Source of the DNA: Argopecten irradians
Taxonomy: Eukaryota
Length of the DNA stretch: 64,000 nt
Direction: 5' to 3'
Assembly: GCF_041381155.1 (NCBI RefSeq)
Contig: NC_091134.1
Location: 61,182,902-61,246,901 of the forward strand
Under the pieces are notes generated by a model. The model searched no databases, had not been told where the DNA came from, and saw only the letters and a program-made list of their open reading frames with translations. Below, piece by piece: positions 36,498 to 49,776 of this stretch. The translations under genes and the position numbers were made by a program. Each line of letters opens with the position of its first letter. Within the stretch, counting starts at the first letter, position 1.

Positions 36498-37920
36498 GAG
36501 TTCTGAAGAAGACTCGAAACAAGATCATCCAGTGACGCTACTATGTGCAGATTCTCTGCCTTCCTTATCAGAACGGTCTGCCTCACCTAAAACATCATTT
36601 TTACCCACTACAATAGAGGAGGACGTCTCAGAAGCTATTAGCTGTACCATTGCAAGGCCTGATAAGGTTGCCACATCGGTTTCCCCAAGGCCGTTAGGTG
36701 CAGGTCCACCCGAAGTCCCCCTATTTGACATGATGGATTTGAAATCCAGAGGCCCTCCAGATCATACTTCTGGTATGCTTAAAACCTATCGTCATCTAAG
36801 CCAATTTCATCCCATTGAATTGTCAGAAATACAACCTCCACCTGCCATGGCCTTTACACCTGGAGCAGCACCTTCCCATCAACAACAATCTGCAATGGCT
36901 GTTACACTGGGAGCTCCTCCACAAACACAGTCTGCCATGGCCTATACATCAGAAGTCCCTCTTCCTCTTCCACAACAAGCTGCTAATAGGTCAGCAATAA
37001 GTGCTCCATCAGCTAGGCCTCCTCCGCCTCCTCCGCCTCGTCAAATGCTTGACATGGCATTTACATTAAGTGGACCTCCTCCCCCACCAAGGGCTCCATC
37101 AGCTGGGCCTCCTCTGCCTCCTCAAATGCTTGACATGGCTTTTACATCAAGTGGACCTCCTCCCCCACCAAGGGCTCCATCAGCTAAACCTCCTCCGCCT
37201 CCTCCAATGCTTGGCAAGGATTTTACATCAAGTGGACCTCCTCGCCCACCAAGGGCTCCATCAGCTAGACCTCCTCTGCCTCCTCCAATGCTTGGCAAGG
37301 ATTTTACATCAAGTGGACCTCCTCGCCCACCAAGGGCTCCATCAGCTAAACCTCCTCCGCCTCCTCCAATGCTTGGCAAGGATTTTACATCAAGTGGACC
37401 TCCTCGCCCACCAAGGGCTCCATCAGCTAAACCTCCTCCGCCTCCTCCAATGCTTGGCAAGGATTTTACATCAAGTGGACCTCCTCGCCCACCAAGGGCT
37501 CCATCAGCTAGACCTCCTCTGCCTCCTCCAATGCTTGACAAGGCTTTTACATCAAGTGGACCACCTCCTCCACCTCCTGTATCTCTCATGGCTGTTACAT
37601 CAAGTAGACCTCCTTCCCGATCAAATTTTCGATTAGCTGGACCACCTCCACCTCCTCCAATGCCTTACAAGGCTTTTACATCAAGTGGATCTTCTTCCCC
37701 ACCAATGCCTCAAATTACATTTTGTAAAATGTCTGCAAAGATTCCTTCAAGTCATAAAAGTTACTCATCTGACGATGATGATGAGTATTACAGGGTGCAT
37801 TCTCTCAGTAAGCCTTCCAGACCTGATCCAATTCCAATGTCTTTGGATTATGACCTTGATGATGTACCAAAATATAAGGATGAAGGCAAAGATGGGGTTG
37901 TGCATTTTGCATGTTCACAG
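36498..37920 (+). CDS. Gene A large exon. It is proline-rich and low-complexity, with 8 tandem 23-aa repeats (FTSSGPPRPPRAPSAKPPPPPPMLGKD) encoded by 69-bp DNA repeats (about 36990-37560). It has an FH1-like polyproline character.
   Basis: A 470-aa ORF with acceptor gtttttttttacag| and donor tcacag|gtatgt. It starts with 1 nt completing a codon and ends in phase 0. Confidence 0.6.
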
Positions 37921-38776
37921 GTATGTCCAAGAGTTTGTGATTGATATATTGCAATACATGATATTTACTGATATCATAATTATTTAGGTATTTTTTGCTA
38001 AATAAATACATAATACATTATGTATATTATATTTGATTCAAAAGTGTAGTCATGTACATTCCTAGAACCGATCAAATTGCACTAAATAATTCAATCTATA
38101 CATATGAGAAACGGATACATTTTATCATAAATGTACTAGTTAATCTACATTAGTGCTCCTTGATTACCTATACCTCATGAGAAAACATGCATTCGTTTAT
38201 ATAAGGGTTGTCAAACCGGTTGGAATTCACTAACCGGTTACTCGATATATTTTCCGATAAAGTAACCGGTTAGTTGGTGAACTTATATGTAACAATGGCT
38301 ATAATTTAACGTACCGGTTTGTGTGCTGCAGTTTAAACGAGTTGTACTAACGACAGTGTGACTACCTTTTTAATAAGACTATTTTGTTAAACCAACACTT
38401 TCAATTCTGATATTTCTAAGAACTACTTTCGGTATGGAATCTGGAAATTCCAGATTCTGGAAAGAATAGAAAGTACAAAAAAGTTAAACTGACTTTATGC
38501 AGCGAGTCGTGAACAGTTGCTGATAGCAAATGGAGCCACAGCAAATTCTACCAATGTTGTGTTCGTTTGTTAACTACTATTAGCGTAGGCCTTTTGTTTA
38601 GACGTATTGCTATATAATTTGAAACTGTCACATCAAGAATAATGTAAATACTGCAAGTTTCTCTAAACATTGTACATTGTAAAGAGCCTGAATAAACCTG
38701 AATAAAGTTTGAAGAGATAGACTACAGGTATGATGTGTGTCTAGTTTTCAATCATTTGTTTACCAATATCTTTTTT

Positions 38777-39000
38777 GGGGCCGCGGTGGCCAAGTGGTTA
38801 AGATGTCTCGATATATTACCACAAGCCTTCCACCTCTGGGTCGCGAGTTCAAATCCCACGTCGGGCAGTTGCCAGGTACTTACCGCTGGCTGGTGGTTTT
38901 TCACCGAGTTCTCCGGCTTTCCACCACCAACTAACCTGGCACGTCCTTACATGACCCTTGCTGTTAATAGGACGTTAAACTAATAAACCCAAACCCAAAT
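38777..39000 (+). mobile_element. tRNA-derived SINE. It has a tRNA-like head (ggggccgcggtggccaagtggttaag...gagttcaaatcccacgtcgggcag, with A- and B-box-like motifs), a conserved central domain (..ccttacatgacccttgctgttaataggacgttaaac) and a short aaacccaaacccaaa tail.
   Basis: A-box TGGCCAAGTGG and B-box GAGTTCAAATCC were read directly. The central domain recurs at about 51625-51665. Confidence 0.65.
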
Positions 39001-39228
39001 TAATATCTTATTGTGTCTCGCTATATACATACAAACATTATACAAACCTATTTGATAATACATGTACCATATTTGACCCTATAAACACTTCAGGCCCCTA
39101 CAGAACTGGTAAAATGGGTTGGGAAATCATCAGAAGACCCTGATTTTGGATTCACGCTAAAGTTTTAAACAAATTTTAATAATTGCAGTTATGATACTTA
39201 AATGTAAAGTGAAATTTCTTTAATTTAG

Positions 39229-39306
39229 GTACTAGAAAAATGTGACAGCATTCCTTCACCTGCCAGTATTCTAGCTGATGAAACAGAGGTTATTGTTATT
39301 TCTGAG
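39229..39306 (+). CDS. Gene A exon (VLEKCDSIPSPASILADETEVIVISE)
   Basis: Acceptor tctttaatttag| and donor tctgag|gtaagc. It is 78 nt and phase 0. Confidence 0.5.
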
Positions 39307-39670
39307 GTAAGCAATTTTGGATGTGTTTGGAACAGTCATTAAATACATGAATAAGGATACTGAGTTATACCTAGTTTTTATATACTTAGTCATAAAGTGA
39401 GACATATCTTCTCGTATTTCTTTATCATGGGGTATTAAAATGAAACTGAAATTTATTTACAGTGTTTATCAAGAGATAAATAACATGTAAGTGTGAAAAC
39501 TTGAACACATACTCCAAATAGAATAGAAATATACTTTTAAATTGTTGCCTCACACACCACAGTGCTTTAAAATTTATCAATAGGATTGAATTGTATATAA
39601 ACTGTCATTACATTGGAAAGGTTTGAATGTAACCATAAAATCTTAAATTGGGATTTTCTCAATCTTACAG

Positions 39671-39754
39671 GAGTTGACAGCACAAAAGGCTTCTCGTACA
39701 AAGAAAAAGAAGGCAATGTTGTCCATTTCAAAGCCACTCAAAAAGATCGACCTG
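39671..39754 (+). CDS. Gene A exon (ELTAQKASRTKKKKAMLSISKPLKKIDL)
   Basis: Acceptor ctcaatcttacag| and donor gacctg|gtaaat. It is 84 nt and phase 0. Confidence 0.5.
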
Positions 39755-39865
39755 GTAAATAATTAAGCTTCAACACATCTTCTGGTTCTAAAGATGTGAT
39801 ACATTTTTCTCTGACTGTATTTATAACACCCTCTGTTGTAGGTTATCATTAGTATAAAGTCATAG

Positions 39866-42800
39866 GTAGGTATTGTTATACTGTCCTTGGTACATAGTCA
39901 TTGCTAGGTATTGTTATACTGTCCTTGGTACATAGTCATTGTTAGGTATTGTTATACTTGTCCATTGGTAATAGTCATTGTTAGGTATTTTTATACTGTC
40001 CTTGGTATATAGTCATTGTTAGGATTGTTATACTGTCCTTGGTACATAGTCATTGTTAGATATTGTTATACTATCCTTGGTATATAGTCATTGTTAGGTA
40101 TTGTTATACTGTCCTTGGTATATAGTCATTGTTAGGTATTGTTATACTGTCCTTGGTACATAGTCATTGTTAGGTATTGTTATACTGTCCTTGGTATATA
40201 GTCATTGTTAGGTATTGTTATACTATCCTTGGTATATAGTCATTGTTAGGTATTGTTATACTGTCCTTGGTATATAGTCATTGTTAGGTATTGTTATACT
40301 GTCCTTGGTATATAGTCATTGTTAGGTATTGTTATACTGTCCTTGGTATATAGTCATTGTTAGGTATTGTTATACTGTCCTTGGTATATAGTCATTGTTA
40401 GGTATTGTTATACTTTCCTTGGTATATAGTCATTGTTAGGTATTGTTATACTATCCTTGGTATATAGTCATTGTTAGGTATTGTTATACTGTCCTTGGTA
40501 TATAGTCATTGTTAGGTATTGTTATACTGTCCTTGGTATATAGTCATTGTTAGGTATTGTTATACTGTCCTTGGTATATAGTCATTGTTAGGTATTGTTA
40601 TACTGTCCTTGGTATATAGTCATTGTTAGGTATTGTTATACTGTCCTTGGTATATAGTCATTGTTAGGTATTGTTATACTGTCCTTGGTATATAGTCATT
40701 GTTAGGTATTGTTATACTGTCCTTGGTATATAGTCATTGTTAGGTATTGTTATACTATCCTTGGTATATAGTCATTGTTAGGTATTGTTATACTGTCCTT
40801 GGTATATAGTCATTGTTAGGTATTGTTATACTGTCCTTGGTATATAGTCATTGTTAGGTATTGTTTATCTGTCCTTGGACTATATAGTCATTGTTAGGTA
40901 TTGTTATACTGTCCTTGGTATAGTCATTGTTCATTGTTATACTTCCTGGTATAGTCATTGTTTATTGTTATACTGTCCTTGGTATATAGTCATAGTTAGG
41001 TATTGTTATACTGTCCTTGGTACATAGTCATTGTTAGGTATTGTATTGTACTGTCCTTGGTACATAGTCATTGTTAGTATTGGTATTGTTATACTGTCCT
41101 TGGTACATAGTCATTGTTAGGTATTGTTATACTGTCCTTGGTATATAGTCATTGTTAGGTATTGTTATACTGTCCTTGGTACATAGTCATTGTTAGGTAT
41201 TGTTATACTGTCCTTGGTACATTAGTCATTGTTAGGTATTGTTATACTGTCCTTGGTATATAGTCATTGTTAGGTATTGTTATTACTGTCCTTGGTACAT
41301 AGTCATTGTTAGGTATTGTTATACTGTCCTTGGTATATAGTCATTGTTAGGTATTGTTATACTGTCCTTGGTATATAGTCATTGTTAGGTATTGTTATAC
41401 TGTCCTTGGTATATAGTCATTGTTAGGTATTGTTATACTGTCCTTGGTACATAGTCATTGTTAGGTATTGTTATACTATCCTTGGTATATAGTCATTGTT
41501 AGGTATTGTTATACTGTCCTTGGTATATAGTCATTGTTAGGTATTGTTATACTGTCCTTGGTATATAGTCATTGTTAGGTATTGTTATACATCCTTGGTA
41601 TAGTCATTGTTAGGTATTGTCCTTTAGGTATTGTTATACTGTCCTTGGTATATAGTCATTGTTAGGTATTGTTATACTGTCCTTGGTATATAGTCATTGT
41701 TAGGTATTGTTATACTGTCCTTGGTATATAGTCATTGTTAGGTATTGTTATACTGTCCTTGGTATATAGTCATTGTTAGGTATTGTTATACTGTCCTTGG
41801 TATATAGTCATTGTTAGGTATTGTTATACTGTCCTTGGTATATAGTCATTGTTAGGTATTGTTATACTGTCCTTGGTATATAGTCATTGTTAGGTATTGT
41901 TATACTGTCCTTGGTACATTATCATTGTTAGGTATTGTTATACTGTCCTTGGTACATAGTCATTGTTAGGTATTGTTATACTGTCCTTGGTACATAGTCA
42001 TTGTTAGGTATTGTTATACTGTCCTTGGTATATAGTCATTGCTAGGTATTGTTATACTGTCCTTGGTACATAGTCATTGTTAGGTATTGTTATACTGTCC
42101 TTGGTATATAGTCATTGTTAGGTATTGTTATACTGTCCTTGGTATATAGTCATTGTTAGGTATTGTTATACTGTCCTTGGTATATAGTCATTGTTAGGTA
42201 TTGTTATACTGTCCTTGGTATATAGTCATTGTTAGGTATTGTTATACTATCCTTGGTATATAGTCATTGTTAGGTATTGTTATACTGTCCTTGGTACATA
42301 GTCATTGTTAGGTATTGTTATACTATCCTTGGTATATAGTCATTGCTAGGTATTGTTATACTATCCTTGGTATATAGTCATTGTTAGGTATTGTTATACT
42401 GTCCTTGGTATATAGTCATTGTTAGGTATTGTTATACTGTCCTTGGTATATAGTCATTGTTAGGTATTGTTATACTGTCCTTGGTATATAGTCATTGTTA
42501 GGTATTGTTTATACTATCCTTGGTATATAGTCATTGTTAGGTATTGTTATACTGTCCTTGGTATATAGTCATTGTTAGGTATTGTTATACTGTCCTTGGT
42601 ACATAGTCATTGTTAGGTATTGTTATACTGTCCTTGGTACATATAGCCATTGTTAGGTATTGTTATACTGTCCTTGGTATATAGTCATTGTTAGGTATTG
42701 TTATACTGTCCTTGGTATATAGTCATTGTTAGGTATTGTTATACTATCCTTGGTATATAGTCATTGTTAGGTATTGTTATACTGTCCTTGGTATATAGTC

Positions 42801-45800
42801 ATTGTTAGGTATTGTTATACTGTCCTTGGTATCATAGTCATTGTTAGGTATTGTTATACTGTCCTTGGTATATAGTCATTGTTAGGTATTGTTATACTGT
42901 CCTTGGTATATAGTCATTGTTAGGTATTGTTATACTGTCCTTGGTATATAGTCATTGTTAGGTATTGTTATACTGTCCTTGGTATATAGTCATTGTTAGG
43001 TATTGTTATACTGTCCTTGGTATATAGTCATTGTTAGGTATTGTTATACTGTCCTTGGTACATAGTCATTGTTAGGTATTGTTATACTGTCCTTGGTACA
43101 TAGTCATTGTTAGGTATTGTTATACTGTCCTTGGTACATAGTCATTGTTAGGTATTGTTATACTGTCCTTGGTACATAGTCATTGTAGGTAGGTACTTCC
43201 TTGGTATAGCATTGTTAGGTATTGTTATACTGTCCTTGGTACATAGTCATTGTTAGGTATTGTTATACTGTCCTTGGTACATAGTCATTGTTAGGTATTG
43301 TTATACTGTCCTTGGTATATAGTCATTGTTAGGTATTGTTATATACTGTCCTTGGTATATAGTCATTGTTAGGTATTGTTATACTGTCCTTGGTATATAG
43401 TCATTGTTAGGTATTGTTATACTGTCCCTTAGGTATTGGTCCTTGGTATATAGTCATTGTTAGGTATTGTTATACTGTCCTTGGTATATAGTCATTGTTA
43501 GGTATTGTTTATACTGTCCTTGGTACATAGTCATTGTTAGGTATTGTTATACTATCCTTGGTATATAGTCATTGTTAGGTATTGTTATACTGTCCTTGGT
43601 ATATAGTCATTGTTAGGTATTGTTATACTATCCTTGGTATATAGTCATTGTTAGGTATTGTTATACTGTCCTTGGTATATAGTCATTGTTAGGTATTGTT
43701 ATACTGTCCTTGGTACATAGTCATTGTTAGGTATTGTTATACTGTCCTTGGTATATAGTCATTGTTAGGTATTGTTATACTGTCCTTGGTATATAGTCAT
43801 TGTTAGGTATTGTTATACTGTCCTTGGTACATAGTCATTGTTAGGTATTGTTATACTGTCCTTGGTACATAGTCATTGTTAGGTATTGTTATACTGTCCT
43901 TGGTATATAGTCATTGTTAGGTATTGTTATACTATCCTTGGTATATAGTCATTGTTAGGTATTGTTATACTGTCCTTGGTACATAGTCATTGTTAGATAT
44001 TGTTATACTGTCCTTGGTACATAGTCATTGTTAGGTATTGTTATACTGTCCTTGGTATATAGTCATTGTTAGGTATTGTTATACTGTCCTTGGTACATAG
44101 TCATTGTTAGGTATTGTTATACTGTCCTTGGTACATAGTCATTGTTAGGTATTGTTATACTGTCCTTGGTATATAGTCATTGTTAGGTATTGTTATACTA
44201 TCCTTGGTATATAGTCCATGTTAGGTATTGTTATACTGTCCTTGGTATATAGTCATTGTTAGGTATTGTTATACTGTCCTTGGTATATAGTCATTGTTAG
44301 GTATTGTTATACTGTCCTTGGTATATAGTCATTGTTAGGTATTGTTATACTGTCCTTGGTATATAGTCATTGTTAGGTATTGTTATACTGTCCTTGGTAT
44401 ATAGTCATTGTTAGGTATTGTTATACTATCCTTGGTATATAGTCATTGTTAGGTATTGTTATACTGTCCTTGGTACATAGTCATTGCTAGGTATTGTTAT
44501 ACTGTCCTTGGTATATAGTCATTGTTAGGTATTGTTATACTGTCCTTGGTATATAGTCATTGTTAGGTATTGTTATACTGTCCTTGGTATATAGTCATTG
44601 TTAGGTATTGTTATACTATCCTTGGTACATAGTCATTGTTAGGTATTGTTATACTATCCTTGGTACATAGTCATTGTTAGGTATTGTTATACTGTCCTTG
44701 GTATATAGTCATTGTTAGGTATTGTTATACTGTCCTTGGTATATAGTCATTGTTAGGTATTGTTATACTGTCCTTGGTATATAGTCATTGTTAGGTATTG
44801 TTATACTGTCCTTGGTATATAGTCATTGTTAGGTATTGTTATACTGTCCTTGGTATATAGTCATTGTTAGGTATTGTTATACTGTCCTTGGTATATATAG
44901 TCATTGTTAGGTATTGTTATACTGTCCTTGGTATATAGTCATTGTTAGGTATTGTTATACTGTCCTTGGTACATAGTCATTGTTAGGTATTGTTATACTG
45001 TCCTTGGTACATAGTCATTGTTAGGTATTGTTATACTATCCTTGGTATATAGTATTGTACTATCCTTGGTATATAGTCATTGTTAGGTATTGTTATACTG
45101 TCCTTGGTATATAGTCATTGTTAGGTATTGTTATACTGTCCTTGGTATATAGTCATTGTTAGGTATTGTTATACTATCCTTGGTATATAGTCATTGTTAG
45201 GTATTGTTATACTGTCCTTGGTACATAGTCATTGTTAGGTATTGTTATACTATCCTTGGTAACATAGTCATTGTTAGGTATTGTTTATACTATCCTTGGT
45301 ATATAGTCATTGTTAGGTATTGTTATACTGTCCTTGGTATATAGTCATTGCTAGGTATTGTTATACTGTCCTTGGTATATAGTCATTGTTAGGTATTGTT
45401 ATACTGTCCTTGGTATATAGTCATTGTTAGGTATTGTTATACTGTCCTTGGTATATAGTCATTGTTAGGTATTGTTATACTGTCCTTGGTACATAGTCAT
45501 TGTTAGGTATTGTTATACTGTCCTTGGTATATAGTCATTGTTAGGTATTGTTATACTGTCCTTGGTACTTATAGTCATTGTTAGGTATTGTTATACTGTC
45601 CTTGGTATATAGTCATTGTTAGGTATTGTTATACTGTCCTTGGTACATAGTCATTGTTAGGTATTGTTATACTGTCCTTGGTATATAGTCATTGTTAGGT
45701 ATTGTTATACTGTCCTTGGTACATAGTCATTGTTAGGTATTGTTATACTATCCTTGGTATATAGTCATTGTTAGGTATTGTTATACTGTCCTTGGTATAT

Positions 45801-46878
45801 AGTCATTGTTAGGTATTGCTAGGTATTGTTATACTGTCCTTGGTACATAGTCATTGTTAGGTATTGTTATACTATCCTTGGTATATAGTCATTGTTAGGT
45901 ATTGTTATACTGTCCTTGGTATATAGTCATTGTTAGGTATTGTTATACTGTCCTTGGTATATAGTCATTGTTAGGTATTGTTATACTATCCTTGGTATAT
46001 AGTCATTGTTAGGTATTGTTATAGGTATTGTTATACTGTCCTTGGTATATAGTCATTGTTAGGTATTGTTATACTGTCCTTGGTATATAGTCATTGTTAG
46101 GTATTGTTATACTGTCCTTGGTACATAGTCATTGTTAGGTATTGTTATACTGTCCTTGGTATATAGTCATTGTTAGGTATTGTTATACTGTCCTTGGTAT
46201 ATAGTCATTGTTAGGTATTGTTATACTGTCCTTGGTATATAGTCATTGTTAGGTATTGTTATACTATCCTTGGTATATAGTCATTGTTAGGTATTGTTAT
46301 ACTGTCCTTGGTATATAGTCATTGTTAGGTATTGTTATACTGTCCTTGGTATATAGTCATTGTTAGGTATTGTTATACTGTCCTTGGTACATAGTCATTG
46401 TTAGGTATTGTTATACTGTCCTTGGTATATAGTCATTGTTAGGTATTGTTATACTGTCCTTGGTATATAGTCATTGTTAGGTATTGTTATACTGTCCTTG
46501 GTATATAGTCATTGTTAGGTATTGTTATACTGTCCTTGGTATATAGTCATTGTTAGGTATTGTTATACTGTCCTTGGTATATAGTCATTGTTAGGTATTG
46601 TTATACTGTCCTTGGTATATAGTCATTGTTAGGTATTGTTATACTGTCCTTGGTATATAGTCATTGTTAGGTATTGTTATACTATCCTTGGTATATAGTC
46701 ATTGTTAGGTATTGTTATACTGTCCTTGGTATATAGTCATTGTTAGTGTTAGGTATTGTTATACTGTCCTTGGTATATAGTCATTGTTAGGTATTGTTAT
46801 ACTGTCCTTGGTATATAGTCATTGTTAGGTATTGTTATACTGTCCTTGGTATATAGTCATTGTTAGGTATTGTTATAT
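39866..46878. repeat. 36-bp minisatellite (tatagtcattgttaggtattgttatactgtccttggta), ~7 kb and ~195 units, in a gene A intron
   Basis: Direct reading. Units carry occasional t/c (tatag/catag) and g/a variants. Confidence 0.95.
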
Positions 46879-47384
46879 CTTTACTTTACATTCCTTATAC
46901 TATTCTATAGTTAAAGTCTTTTAAAGTACATTTTTTTCAGATGTTTGTGCACGTGAAATGTTGACCAGTCAACATCGAAATGCTGACTGCTTACTTCATG
47001 TTGATGTTACAATTTATATTTGGCACGTATTTGTCTAAATGATAAAAGATATAACAAAACATTTGTAGAGTTTTTGGTCAACATGTTATATGGTGATTTG
47101 TTTTACTGAACTAACCCTAACCCTAGTTCAACGTAACACATGTTGACCTCAAACTCCGTCAACGTAAATGCAGTCAAGTGTCTGTCAAGAGAGACCAAAT
47201 AGGATCAAATGAATTGTTTTTCAAAACAAAATTTTCTTCAATGCTTGGAATTTCAAAACAAAATTTTCTTCAATGCTTGGAAATAATTATTATACTGTAG
47301 AACCCTTTATCGTATTTATAATAGATTGAAAAATCTTATGGTGGAAGCATGATACCTGAACATGTCTTTATGATATACAAATAG

Positions 47385-47498
47385 GAGCAGTCTGTTTCGT
47401 GGAGGAAATGTGAGTCACCAGACTTCTTCAGAAAGATGGATCAAGAAAATGACTTACTTGAAGCTGATCAGAAGAAGCCAACAGAACATGCAAAGAAG
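47385..47498 (+). CDS. Gene A exon (EQSVSWRKCESPDFFRKMDQENDLLEADQKKPTEHAKK)
   Basis: Acceptor tacaaatag| and donor aagaag|gttggt. It is 114 nt and phase 0. Confidence 0.5.
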
Positions 47499-48094
47499 GT
47501 TGGTATATAAAGCAGGTACAATGAAGTAGCAGATCCAACATATGTTTTCATCAGGTAATGTCGAAAGAAATGTCTACAGATACTTCTAAGTTATAGGTAA
47601 TAATTAGTCCCAACAATTCTAAGTTAGCGTATTACAGAGAGATCTGTCCGTACAGGTAGGTATTGATTGTTATGTCAAGTTTTTCAGAGAAAAGACATAA
47701 TTTTCACTCACAAACGTCTTTAATGTTTACATTACTACTGCACAGTAGAGCTTGATGTTACTACTAAACCCAATGTATGATAATTTACAATTTTTACATT
47801 TGTTTTGGCTCAGCTGGCAAAGTTTTACCTTCATCAGAGGTCACGAAAAGATTGGATTCATGACAGTATGAGAATTTACAAAGGATATTCTTAAAATTAA
47901 TCAATAAGAAAATTAAAAGTGATTAAAAGTGTTCTATTTATCTTTGTTTATTCGGGTTATCGATTGAATGATTTGTTACTGTTTAGTTGGTTTTCCTTTC
48001 AACAACAGCAACAGTCCAGAAACCCATTAGTCCAGAAACCCATTATTTCTCATCAAATATTTTCCTCTATGCATACGTGTCGGGTTTTTTTCAT

Positions 48095-48122
48095 CCTTTA
48101 TATATATATATATATATATATT
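48095..48122. repeat. (TA)n microsatellite
   Basis: Direct reading. Confidence 0.9.
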
Positions 48123-48641
48123 AATTTCATTTCTTATAACTGGAATAACTGTAGTGTAGTTAGAAAATTAGCACCTTTGTAAATAGTTATGTTTTACAAG
48201 AAATACGAGCACTTGGCTTAAAATTTTTAGCCTAAAATATCTGGCGCGAACAGTGCTAAGATGTATTTACCGTTAAAATATGTATTAACTGGTAATGACG
48301 TTACATTCAATACTTTCCTCCATAGACAGATATTCTGTAATACAAAATGAATGCAAAGACGGAATAAAAATTATAGGCATACATATATATACTGTAAACA
48401 TGGATATTTTAGCGAGTGCTTAATTTCGCGATTTGCATGCATAAACTCCCCCTCTCCTAAATTTCCATGTTTATAGTAGATATAAAATTTGATATGTATG
48501 ATAGGATTGAGGATAAGTGTACTAGAATAGACTTTGATTATACTATAACCTTTTGAGCTGATGGTTTCTCTGATACATTTAATAGATAATGCAGGATTTT
48601 GTTCTACAACATGATGTGTTTGTTCTTTTGATTTATTCAAG

Positions 48642-48768
48642 ATACCAGTTGGTAGGAAGTGTCATGGAATGAGAGTAACAGAGAGCATTGAAAGAAATAC
48701 GGAGGAATTAAGCTTCCAAAGGGCTGGAGCCTATCGTACAAGGTCTTCTGGTGGATCTTGCTGTATGG
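48642..48768 (+). CDS. Gene A candidate exon (IPVGRKCHGMRVTESIERNTEELSFQRAGAYRTRSSGGSCCM-)
   Basis: Acceptor tttattcaag| and donor tgtatgg|gtatat. It ends with 1 extra nt, which the next confirmed exon needs. There is no homology support. Confidence 0.3.
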
Positions 48769-49602
48769 GTATATGCTATATTTGATATTTCACACACTTG
48801 TGACCTTGTTGGGAAGATTACTTATCAGATTTGCTTATCTGAATGACCTTGAGCTTTATTTCAAGTTCTATAATCTAATTTTGAAGATTGTTTAAACACA
48901 ATTTAAGCATTCGAGAGCTTTAGATTTCTGAATTAACCAAAAGGCGAGGAATTAAGACCCATTGAATGTTTTCTTTACTCTAGTGCTTCAGTCTGTATTG
49001 ACTTTGGCGTTGGTTGAAAATATATACATTTCATCTCAAATTATTTCTGTGTAAAGAGATCATATTCTATCATCCCTACAGCTCTAGAAAGGAAAGTAAA
49101 TTATTGAACTTTTAAATTGAACTTTGTTAATTGTTTCGCAGAATTAATAGTCAGTGTTTGAAGAGACACTGGTGTGACAACATACTTTTGTTTCTTGAAA
49201 AAAAAACCCACTGATATTTAGAAGGACTAATCTGTTGTTTGGGCAGCACAGTCCCAATACCGCTCCATAATAGAGGACCTTTGCTGTTTCTTCCTGGTAG
49301 GCCCTAATACAACACTTGATATTTTTCCAATTTCAACAAAATCTAGGATTAAGCAACAGGCAATGCCTATGTAAGTTCTCTTTCTCTCACCATAATAACC
49401 ACCTGTAAAACCACACAGTCAATCACAGTGCCCCGTTATTCAATTCTTTTGATGTGCATCAAAGGTCCAAACTTCCTTTTTATCTTTGCTCACACGGTTT
49501 TCAGTTTTCCTACAAAAATATCCCATAGGTGGATATAATGACAGTGATAGTAACCACTGGAATATCAAGGTGAATAATAGAACGCAAACGGTTTCTTGGT
49601 AG

Positions 49603-49776
49603 GCCCTAGAACGGCAACATATGAGAACACACGCAATGGAAGAGCTCTACATGTAGATGGACGATGGGTTCAGGATAAAGAAAGACCAGAAGAACTGCAT
49701 GGATTTTTGTCTAAAGTCAAAGATAAATCTGGAGGCAAAGGCCGAAGCTTAAATGATCTGACTGACAGAGAGCCTG
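49603..49776 (+). CDS. Gene A possible additional exon (..PRTATYENTRNGRALHVDGRWVQDKERPEELHGFLSKVKDKSGGKGRSLNDLTDREP-)
   Basis: Acceptor tttcttggtag| and strong donor cctg|gtgagt. It is phase-neutral (1 nt in, 1 nt out), so frame cannot confirm or exclude it. Confidence 0.2.

Noticed and set aside
37070-37636. Long ORFs on the minus strand (37122-37589, Gly-rich) and in a second + frame (37070-37636, Leu/His/Gln-rich) overlapping the proline-rich exon
   Set aside because: These are by-products of the 69-bp coding tandem repeat. The frame with splice-site continuity and the Pro-rich translation is the real one.
47531-47593. Possible small exon VMSKEMSTDTSKL* after acceptor catcag| as a gene A terminator
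   Set aside because: It would end the protein before the clearly homologous VWA5A-like C-terminal exons at 52005-53153, which are in phase with upstream exons. No polyA signal follows. I consider it unlikely.
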